From the NCBI RefSeq assembly GCF_037042905.1, contig NC_087246.1, forward strand, positions 8,308,001 to 8,372,000: 64,000 nt of DNA, in the 5' to 3' direction. Positions within the stretch are counted from its first letter, which is position 1. The number at the start of each line of letters is the position of its first letter. The notes beneath the pieces were generated by a model. The model did not search any database. It saw nothing but the letters and a program-made list of their open reading frames with translations, and was not told the origin of the DNA. The DNA is from Lytechinus pictus (taxonomy: Eukaryota). Below are positions 1-10,812 of this stretch, in pieces. The position numbers were made by a program, and so were the translations under genes.

Positions 1-144
1 TTACTCTCCCCCTTTCTCATTTCTTCTCTTCTATTTTTTATTTTACCTTTGTATGTACCATCTCTCCCTTCTTTTATTTCTACCTCTCTTTTCTCAACTG
101 CTTTAGTTCCCGTTTTTCTTCTACATACTGTACTTCTTTATGAT

Positions 145-1574
145 TGTAACACGCGGAAACTGATGTAGAAAGATGACACACGACACCATTCCTTGTGTTT
201 CGGTTCGTTTAATATCGATGGATCGTTACATACAAAATTCCAAATACAAGAACAAAAGATAGAAAAAACCTGCAAAAACCGATAAGAACAAAACAATTAA
301 ATAGAATTATGATATGTTTGAAAATGCACAAAATAGAAATATACACATATTTGCTTGTGACTCCAAGATAAAACATTCATCAATATGACGTCAAGTAGAC
401 TCGTAATAATCAATGATAAACATGTTGTCTATATCCATTCATTAAAACCTAATCAATATTGCCTGAATTCAACTCATCTAATCACTAATTCGGTTCCTCC
501 ATCGTTATGGATAACTCTTCCAACAAATAAATGAAATACATCCATCAAGTGAAATTTACCAAACAACAATTAGAATATGCCAACAAATTAACATTGAAAT
601 ACAGTGGTTAATGAATGATAACCACTCACCCTGACAATCTGGCCTAGAGGACCATATTTCCTCTGGTGAGAGCCTCACCCGCTACACGAATGTCATGTCA
701 AATACCTTTAAAAGGAAAGTAACAATTATTACACATATATAGTAGTAAGCAATCATCGTGACCCTTTACTCTGAAAACTCTAAACTGAAACATTGAATTA
801 ACAATTCAATAACCAAAATCAATTTAACCAAAATCTTTCACTCTAAAGATCATTTTACTAAATTGTTTCACTATAAGATTAGAACCGAACACATTCTGTT
901 TTATAACTACATACTACAATCAAGTATATACGTACAAGTAATTATACAAAATATAACAAAATGACATAAGAATAATCTGAAGTAACGAAGACAGATGCAT
1001 AACTAATGAATTATTTAATTTACAAACCCCTTTAAAATAAGACAGATAACATGCTATGCTAGCAAAGATAGCTCTTTAATATAACCTAACGTATTATTTA
1101 AAACTATAGAAAATGCATTGCGAACCAACTTTATAAACTATTATTCAAAACTAACAGAATCGACAAAATAAGATAATTATCTTACCTTTAATTCTGACCC
1201 GAAAATGAAGAAGCCTCTCTGCCTGCCCCATGAATGGGGTGCAGTGCAGGAGTGAATTGGAGCAAAATCCTCTCTCCTTTTTATGCAGTTATCACTCTCC
1301 ATTCACAGATGCTAAGCCTTGACCATAATTATCTACGTCATACAAGCTCATAGCTCTGGAATGTGATGTTTTGACCCAAAGACCATTCAGCATCACTCTT
1401 ACCCAGAAAGAGTGTGAATCATACTTCTTCAAAAGCATGAAGATTGTTAAATATTTCTACTTTCTACTACTTCCTGTGCACTTCCTGTGAAGGCATCTAT
1501 CACTTACAGACAAATGATTAAGAGTTATGAAAATATATGGATTTCCATTAAACAGTTCATTTTGACCTGTTACA
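145..1574 (-). repeat. 3' LTR (1430 bp)
   Basis: TG...CA ends; near-identical to 3250-4609. Confidence 0.9.
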
Positions 1575-3229
1575 TACTCCCCTACATAATTGAGTGACGT
1601 CCCGGCACTCACTATACCAAAATTATTACAAATTAAAGTCCTACTTTAAATAACACTACCCGGGGATGCTTGTTCCCAGTTACAGAACAAATCAATTTAC
1701 AATTAATCATGACAATAAGATATAAAGCCAGTAATCACCCGATACAGAATATGAAAATCTCAGCAATAACTCGGTGTTGGCGAACCCGCACCACTAATAC
1801 GAACTTTCTGGTCTCATGACGAGAATAAACACGGAAAACATATCTAGTGCAAAAACTCAACTGTTTCAGTTTTCAACTACACTCCTTATTATGTAATACC
1901 GATTTCATGTTGAGGCTCCTAGCATTAATATTCCAAGTGCTTCCTAACTGATCATAACAGCTCCAGAGTTTATACCAACCAATGTTTAGTTATCGACATA
2001 AACCTTCACAATCCATGTACCTCAATGAATAACAGACCGTTATATACTTTATAACCAGTAAATAGATCACTATAATGTCATCCTTAAAACTCCCAAAATA
2101 TACCTACTTATACTTACAGCTGATTCAAACTGTTAAGCAAAATTACAAGGCAATAAACAAATAACAACAATTACCAGATGTTTCCCCAAATCTTAGCAAT
2201 TTCCAATGGAACAATGGTTCATCAATATAACATACTGAAAAATCTTATAACTTTTGACTAATTCACTCAACTACCAATGCGTCCTTTCCGGCCTCGAAGG
2301 TTAACAGAAAAACAAAGGTAAAGAGAAAAACCTTACTGCCCCAATAGTCACTCCAGTATCCCTCTAATGTAATCCCGGTCTCAGATTGAGGTTCTCAAAA
2401 TTTACATTGATACTTTATCCTGACTAAACCTAGCAGTACTCCTAGCCAAATCCCAGTTACAAATCAGAAAGATCAGCATATTACAATATAATAACCATTA
2501 TGACACACAGAAACATAATAAAAGTAAAACACTTTCATCAACACGTGGGCTCCCCTACTTTTTCAAAAGTAGCCCCTAAAACTATTAAATACACATTCTG
2601 GATCAAAAAAATAACATTAATACACGCCATAACTTATTAAACCGAATATTAATCAAGACCCAAAACCAAACTTAAAAAGTTAACAAACTTCAAGTTTCAG
2701 ACTAAGAAACGCCTCAACTATTCACAAGTTAATCATGTTTGCCAAACCCAGAGCTTACTCTGCACATACTGTACTTCCTCCTATCAACATATAAAATACT
2801 GGTGTCTCTGGCTTCCAACACCCCAATGTGTGGTTCCCATCCAACCAGCCAGAATTACATAAGAAAGGGGGCATGGACTGTTCCAAAACACAGCATTACC
2901 ATGACAACACAAAAATGAACCTTGAACAGTGCTCAGTGTTCCCTTGACCAAAGCTTTTTTATCTGAAAACTCTTACAGGGTATCTCATAAAATACCTTTC
3001 CATTAGTATTAATCCCTATCAAATACATTGTAGCCTCATATTATTTTAAAACAAACTACATTTCGGCTACAGCATTCACACAATGCACACACCCCGGGCA
3101 CACACACAATACCTCTTAAACTTAAAGCTACGTTCATATTTACAAAATTCAAGATGTCCAACAGATGAGACGGATGAGCTCCTCAGATTGCCAGGGTTTG
3201 AACTTGGTTGTATCCAACGATGAACATCG

Positions 3230-3247
3230 ATCCTGCCGACTACGCCA
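3230..3247 (-). promoter_or_regulatory. Primer binding site, tRNA-Ser
   Basis: + strand ATCCTGCCGACTACGCCA is the 3' end of eukaryotic tRNA-Ser including CCA, 2 nt from the LTR. Confidence 0.85.
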
Positions 3248-3249
3248 CA

Positions 3250-4609
3250 TGTAACACGTGGAAACTGATGTAGAAAGATGACACACGACACCATTCCTTG
3301 TGTTTCGGTTCGTTTAATATCGATGGATCGTTACATACAAAATTCCAAGTACAAGAACACAAGATATAAAAAACCTGCAAAAACCGATAAGAACAAAACA
3401 ATTAAATAGAATTATGATATGTTTGAAAATGCACAAAATAGAAATATACACATATTTGCTTGTGACTCCAAGATAAAACATTCATCAATATGCTGACGTC
3501 AAGTAGACTCGTAATAATCAATGATAAGCATGTTGTCTATATCCATTCATTAAAACCTAATCAATATTGCCTGAATTCAAATCATCTAATCACTAATTCG
3601 GTTCCTCCATCGTTATGGATAACTCTTCCAACAAATAAATGAAATACATCCATCAAGTGAAATTTACCAAACAACAATTAGAATATGCCAACAAATTAAC
3701 ATTGAAATACAGTGGTTAATGAATGATAACCACTCACCCTGACAATCTGGCCTAGAGGACCATATTTCCTCTGGTGAGAGCCTCACCCGCTACACGAATG
3801 TCATGTCAAATACCTTTAAAAGGAAAGTAACAATTATTACACATAGTAAGCAATCATCGTGACCCTTTACTCTGAAAACACTAAACTGAAACATTGAATT
3901 AACAATTCAATAACCAAAATCAATTTAACCAAAATCTTTCACTCTAAAGATCATTTTACTAAATTGTTTCACTATAAGATTAGAACCGAACACATTATGT
4001 TTTATAACTACATACTACAATCAAGTATATACGTACGAGTAATTATACAAAATATAACAAAATGACATAAGAATAATCTGAAGTAACGAAGACAGATGCA
4101 TAACTAATGAATTATTTAATTTACAAACCCCTTTAAAATAAGACAGATAACATGCTATGCTAGCAAAGATAGCTCTTTAATATAACCTAACGTATTATTT
4201 AAAACTATAGAAAATGCATTACGAACCAACTTTATAAACTATTATTCAAAACTAACAGAATCGACAAAATAAGATAATTATCTTACCTTTAATTCTGACC
4301 CGAAAATGAAGAAGCCTCTCTGCCTGCCCCATGAATGGGGTGCAGTGCAGGAGTGAATTGGAGCAAAATCCTCTCTCCTTTTTATGCAGTTATCACTCTC
4401 CATTCACAGATGCTAAGCCTTGACCATAATTATCTACGTCATACAAGCTCATAGCTCTGGAATGTGATGTTTTGAAGATTGTTAAATATTTCTACTTTCT
4501 ACTACTTCCTGCGCACTTCCTGTGAAGGCATCTATCACTTACAGACAAATGATTAAGAGTTATGAAAATATATGATTTTCCATTAAACAGTTCATTTTGA
4601 CCTGTTACA
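3250..4609 (-). repeat. 5' LTR (1360 bp)
   Basis: TG...CA ends; adjacent to the PBS; lacks 66 bp (1375-1440) present in the other LTR. Confidence 0.9.
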
Positions 4610-5172
4610 TAATAATTTCATGCTTGTTTTAATATTTTGATTCGGGGTAATTATAGTAATGTATTGTATATGCTATTATGTTAATATAATCTATGTTATT
4701 TATGTATGCCCTGCTTGTTCTGTTACTCAGAAATGTCCTGGGCGTTCCTTTCTTCTATGTTTGTATATATTTTATTCCTTTGTTTGAACGATTTGAATGT
4801 CAATAAAGTGATGAATTACTACTATTATCTATGCTATCACTGTTTGTTTGTATTTATTTCCATATACAAATAATAAAATGTATACATGTTCAAATTTAAC
4901 AAATCTTATACATCATATAAAGTATGGAGGATGGCCCATATTAACAAAATACCACTGTTCTTCCATGGAGTCCTTTTTCTCAACTCGAGAAGCAGTGAAG
5001 ATATCATCCCGCTGCCGGGCATGAAGATCGAATAGTTGGTCCCAGGAGTTAGTGATTTTGGATGATGCGACACCTACAACTTAAGAATAGAAATTTCGGA
5101 AGTCAAGAGATACCAAGTTGTTGTTCAGTTGTCGGGTATCGGGCAGATATGCCTCGATATCCATATTCTGCA

Positions 5173-5386
5173 CACTCTAAAACACTGAGTAAAATTTTAC
5201 CCAATATTGGGTAGAAAGGGAACATCTGGGTGTTTTTTTTTTACCCTATTGGGCAAACTGCATGTTAAGAGGGTAAATTTCAACGCAACATTGCCTAAAA
5301 TATAAAAAATATTTGGTATCTGTTTACCCAACCAACATGCATGTTCCCATTTTACCCAATAGTGGGTAAATCCTTTTTTTAGAGTG
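5173..5386. mobile_element. CACTA/EnSpm-type MITE
   Basis: Termini CACTCTAAAA...TTTTAGAGTG, 2-bp TSD CA, internal TTACCCAA/TTGGGTA palindromic motifs. Confidence 0.75.
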
Positions 5387-7015
5387 CAAGTTTTCCACAA
5401 ATTTTTGGAATGCCACAGAGACCTGCAGAGAGACGTTGCGATGCTCTTGTGGAGTTTTTACACCGCGAGCGCAGAACGAATTCAAGAACACAGATATTGT
5501 ATTGAAAGTGCAAGTCAAATGACAATGAACAGCTGAGAGGTTTTTGTATTATTGGTGAATCGGGACAGCAGTTTCGTCCCAAGTTTCGGAGCTGACGAAA
5601 AATTGCAAATATGTCTCTTGTCCAGAGTCCAGGGCGAAACTACTATTTTGATTCACGAATTTTCGACAAAAACTTCTTGGTTGTTTTTTGTCATGAAGGG
5701 CATTTGAAAATAGATTTTTGTATGTTCTTGAAAGCGTTCTGCGTCGCAGTGCAAAAACTATTTTAGGAAAGCTTTATATGGACACAGTACACGAGTCGCA
5801 TCAACTTTGTTGTTTGAAATAAACATCTGTTTCATTAATTGGTTTTTATTCAAACCTGGTTCCCACTATCACGATTTGAGCCACGATTGAAACGGTGATC
5901 TTAATCTTAAATTAATCGTAGTGATCGTATCAGATCAGTCGTGACAATCGTGTAGCTCATAATACATGATTGTGAATATTTTGAAAGGTTCCACAATTTT
6001 CACGATCAGTTACGATAGGTTAATCGTGGCGCTCGTAAAGGATTGCACGATACTGAGAACCATTTGAGGAGAGGTCTATATAGTTGTCGAACAGAAATCA
6101 TTCTTCATGACAAGGTCAGGTTGAGGCTCAGGTCTGATCTTCAGTTATAATTATTAACAAATAGCATATATCATACAAAAATTACATTAAAACCATTGAT
6201 TACTTACCCAATCCCACGACTACTTGAATCTGGTAGCTAGCTAAGACTTCAAGCAATATCACTCCGAAGAAAGATAATTTTGACACAAAATAGCAGAACA
6301 TCGTTAGAACTCAGCAAGGTATCCACACGAGATAAAGGATTTTACTCATAATATAGTTTTTTCCATCGCAACCAGGCCTTCTACTTTGTGTGAAGATGAA
6401 TTGAACATATTAACGTAACTCACCAATGTCTGACTTCTCTAAAATGTAGAGAAAAATATGATTGAAACAAATTACGAATATGAATTCACTGTAATATGAT
6501 AATAAAGACTTGTAGCTTTGAATTTACAAATAGAGCACAAACGTGTTGCTCTTGCTTTTACGTCTGAGTGAGATTTCATAAAAGAATGAAATAATGACAT
6601 GAAAGTCGACTATATCTGACAACAATACCACATGGATATCGATTAATTAAACGAAAGAAGTACCTATCATATCCACGGCCGATTACTTTCCAAATATACT
6701 AGGTTTTTTCATCATGACTGTTCATAAGCGCGGGAAGCTTAACAGTAATTATGTATATAAGGTACATCATTAAACATGTTTGTACGAACTCTTCATGGGA
6801 TCAGTGGACACCATGGCAACCAATATCCAATGGGTGATGAGTCTCATCAAACATCAAATGAAAAACCATCGTCCGTTGATTTACTTAATCTGACGAGAAG
6901 GAGAGGAAGGATAAGGGTGGGTGAGAGGTGGAGATATATATAGAGAGGGAGAGGGGAGGGTGTTTCGGCACATTTTGGTAAATTACCAAAAATAAATGTG
7001 CCGATAATGCACCTA

Positions 7016-7700
7016 TATGGCAAGCCATTGCCGAAAATATCATTTATGTTCAAGAGGAAAACTACATGAAACAAAATATGAAATTATATGTTCAAGAAGA
7101 AAAGATATATGCAACAAATACGAAATATATATATTCAAGACCATAAATATTTAAGATATCTATACACAAAATATAAAGGCCTTTTGCAAGACACGAAAAT
7201 ACATGCAAAACATAATTAAGAAACAAAATAGATGCAAAAAAAAGAATATATGTAAAACACAAAATAATCATGCAAGACACAAAAATATATGCAAGACACA
7301 AAATATATGCCAGACTCCAAAATAGAAACAAAATAGATGCAAAACACATTTGTAAGACACAAAATATATGCAAGGCACAATACAAATTATATGCATGGCA
7401 TAAATATTTACAAGGCTAAAAATATATGCAAGGCACGAAATAACAAGACTCCCGATATATTGTGTAAGAAACAAAATAGATTTAAACCGCAGAATATTTA
7501 TGTAAGACAAAAAGTATACGCGAGAAAAAAAAATAATTTGCAAGACACAAAATAAATTCATGCAAGGCTTGCCATAATAATTATGCAAGTCGCTCGTTTT
7601 ATTGAAGACGTGAATTATGTTCATGCCTGACAAAATATGTTCAAGGATTTTAGTCTCTTTTCAAGGCTTACACCATTTTGGTGGGCGCTGGCGTGTCGCT
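7016..7700. repeat. Degenerate ~20-bp tandem repeat (ATGCAAGACACAAAATAT), probably transposon-derived
   Basis: Many imperfect copies; short inverted pair TATGGCAAGCC (7016) / GGCTTGCCATA (7566). Confidence 0.6.
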
Positions 7701-7704
7701 TTCA

Positions 7705-9528
7705 GGGAACACACCCTTTCGTCCAAAGCCCCCCACCATTTACCAAAAGGGCGCGTTTTTCATTTCAATGAATTGCAACCAATTCGTCTAATATAGCCTT
7801 TGGTCTAAAGCCTTTTTGTCTAATACCGATTTGGTTTATTGTCATTTGGTCGAATTAGTATCAAATGGTGTAAAATAAAATCAAATTTGCATAAATTTGT
7901 CCATTGTTCAGTTCGTTTAACCAATCCAGGGGGACAATGCCATCCCCCTCCTAAATGGAGAGAGGAGAGAGAGAGAGAGAGAATGAAAGAAAGAAAAGAG
8001 AATAATAAAATAAAGAAAAGGGGGAAAGAAGGGAAAAGATGAGAAATAAATATAGAGAACAAATCCAGGGGGCTGAAAGGGGCATTGCCCTCCCCCCAAA
8101 AAAATATATATATACATATAAGAAATTGCTGCAAAAGGGGGAGATAGAGAGGAAAGAAGAAGGAGAAAAAAGAAAGATGTGATAGAAGAAACGACAGAAG
8201 ATAGAGAAACGGATCCAGGGGGTGTATTGGTATACCCCCAAAAAAAATTAAAATGAGAGAGAGAGAGAGGAAGAAAATAAAGAAAGGGGGAATAACAGAA
8301 TTAAAGATAGAGAAACAGATCCAGGGGCCGGAGAGGCAATTCTCTTCCCCCCCAAAAAAATGAATAAAAAATATCTAAGAAAAAAATAAACTTAACTTAT
8401 GATGATGAAAAAGAGAAAGAGAAAGGATAATAAATTTCTTGCTTTTTGAGTTTTTTCAAAAAAGATTACCCGTGCCCCCCCCCCCGCGAAAAAATATTTG
8501 TACGGCTATGCCCCCCCCCCTCTTTCTTTCTTTTTGTAGGGGGCAGCCTCCAGCCCCCTGGAACCGCTACTCTTTCTCTTATTCTGTTCTTTCCTCTCCC
8601 CCTTTTCTTCATTTTCTTCATGTTCCCTCCCCACCCCTCCTCATCTGTCTGTCTCTCTTTATTTTTTTTCTGCCTCCCGGATTTTTTTGTCTATCTTTAA
8701 TATTGTTCTTTCCTCTCTCCCACCCTTCTTTATTTTCTTCCTTCTCTCTTATTACTATTATTATTATTATTATTAATATTTTTTAATATTTTTTTTTGGG
8801 GGGAGATACCCCTCCGACCCCTGAATCTATTTCTCTATCTTTAATTCTGTTCTTTCCTCTCTCTCCCATCTTTCCTTATTTCCTCCCCTCTCTCTGTGTC
8901 TCTCTTATCCTTTACATTTTTTGGGAGGATGTCCCTCAAACTCCCCTGGATCTGTTTCTCTATCTTTATTTTGTTCTTTCTTTTCTTTCTTCTTCTTCCC
9001 TCTCTATTTCCCACTTTCCAAGCCATTTCTTATCCTTTTCTATATGTCTGTCTGTTTTTTTTTTTGGGGGGGGGGGGGTGGTATGGGAAGGCCCCTTTCA
9101 GCCCCCTGGATCTGTTTTATATCTTTATTTTCTTTTTATATAAATAGATATCNNNNNNNNNNNNNNNNNNNNNNNNNNNNNNNNNNNNNNNNNNNNNNNN
9201 NNNNNNNNNNNNNNNNNNNNNNNNNNNNNNNNNNNNNNNNNNNNNNNNNNNNNNNNNNNNNNNNNNNNNNNNNNNNNNNNNNNNGCATTGCCCCTCTGGC
9301 CCCCTGGACTGGTTAAACCAACTGGACAATGGACAAATTTTTGAAAATTTGATTTTATCTCAATAAGACCTAATGATAATATCAACCCAAATCGGTATTA
9401 TACCAAATTGTTATATTAGACGAATTTACTATAATAATAATTGTAGTTCATCATAATTAAAAAATAAAACAGCCTTTCGGCAAATGGGAGGGGGGGGGGG
9501 GCTTTGGACGGAAGTGACGTGTGTTCTC
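7705..9528. mobile_element. Foldback-type non-autonomous DNA element with long imperfect TIRs
   Basis: GGGAACACAC..CGTCCAAAGCCCCCC at left matches the reverse complement at 9490-9528, with about 240 bp of inverted homology. Purine-rich left arm and pyrimidine-rich right arm carry ATCCAGGGGG units. Spans the N gap. Confidence 0.65.
9153..9284. other. Assembly gap (132 N)
   Basis: Run of N. Confidence 1.
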
Positions 9529-10139
9529 CTTAACTCTATTTGGCGATTATAATGGAGCAAAGACTGAGTCAGAGACAAAGTAAGTGGTAGTATTTATTTG
9601 TCTCTGTGTGTGCGTGCGTGGGGCGTGTGGGTATGTGTGTGAGAGAGAGAGAAAGAGAGAGGGGGAGGGAGGGGGAGAGAGAATGAGATGTAGTATACGT
9701 ATATGTATGGAGGTGCCGTGGCCGAATTGTCTAAAGGCGACCGCACACCTTGCGATTGGTCTGCGACTTAACTTTGGAATAAAACGTAGTAGAATTTGAT
9801 GCTAATATTGAGACTTGGAATATCTTACTGTGTAATGTTCGAAATTATCATACGAATACCTATGTTAAAATCTGTGACTATGCTATCATCCTTCTTAGAA
9901 TAAAAACAAATTTAATATCTAGTCTTAATGACGTCATATATAGCGGTCGTACGATCGGCTACGATTTGAAACTAATTTGGCATTTACTCCAAAATAAAGG
10001 CTTACAATCTTACAAAATGGTTAAATTAGTATTCTTTCAATTAATTTTAACCTCAAATAAAATGATATGGTCCATTCACATTTTCCAGAGAATGAGCAAA
10101 ATGCAATTTAATTGTTCCAAAATCGGATCGCGAACAGCC

Positions 10140-10270
10140 GTAAGGCGCGCGCTTGACTGGAGATCTGAGGATCAGGGGTTCGATTCCCGACTCGCAATTA
10201 TGCCCCTCAGCATGCAAGGCATTTTATCCACATTGCTGTCTTATTATCCTGCATCAAATAAATGAAAATG
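10140..10270 (+). mobile_element. tRNA-derived SINE fragment
   Basis: B-box GGTTCGATTCCC followed by a GCAAGGCATTTTATCCACATTG core shared with the other SINE copies. Confidence 0.5.
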
Positions 10271-10491
10271 CTATACCATTATGAATAGCCATTTTCCTGG
10301 ATCCGCCAAAGCGACTTATCCGGTCCACTGTACAATCCGACAATCTAATAATTACCGTACCGGTACCGGTATTCGACAAATAATCCGATTATTCGATCAG
10401 CGAACTAACTAACTGTGAGACAGGGCCTCATAACGTTCGTTACTGCTAAAATTTCTGATAATTTTTTAGAGCAAATCAGCAAAAAATAAAG

Positions 10492-10812
10492 ATGCATTCA
10501 AGGATCCACATTCCTCGAGGGTGGTTCATGAATGATTTATCAATCTGCAAAAGCACAACCTTTTATTCCCTTTCTTCTAAGCGAAAATATGACTTAGGAA
10601 CGTCTTCTAATTCTGCCGCAGCAGCATCTACCAGTACCAGCACCGGAACACAACAACAGAGTGCGCCTGAACCGCAGGGCCAAAAGTTCCAAGTACCCCC
10701 GTTCAAGAGAGCTCAGCGAGGGGATTTCTTTCAAGAACAACCTCGGCTTGGCAATGTCTATCGTGAAGATGCAGCATTGCAGTCTTATTTGAACAGATAC
10801 ATTTCAGATGAG
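10492..10812 (+). CDS. acdh-11: ACAD exon 1
   Basis: ATG...[22 protein letters not shown]; donor GAG|GTATGT. Confidence 0.85.

Larger units (their letters stand above)
145..4609 (-). mobile_element. Non-autonomous LTR retrotransposon (LARD/TRIM-like), two near-identical long LTRs, non-coding interior
   Basis: Direct repeats 145-1574 and 3250-4609, both TGTAACA...TGTTACA. On the - strand the PBS TGGCGTAGTCGGCAGGAT (3247-3230) is complementary to the tRNA-Ser 3' end, and a PPT-like GTAGGGGAGTA precedes the 3' LTR. Flanks TGAT/TAAT form a 4-bp TSD with 1 mismatch. No gag/pol ORF. Confidence 0.9.

Noticed and set aside
7092-9385. Many 65-130 aa ORFs rich in F/L/S/C/I
   Set aside because: Artefacts of low-complexity repeat arms and the N gap; no protein motifs.
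9711-9760. tRNA gene (GGTGCCGTGGCCGAATTGTCTAAAGGCG)
   Set aside because: Only an A-box/D-arm-like start; no T-arm or acceptor stem; probably a SINE head remnant.
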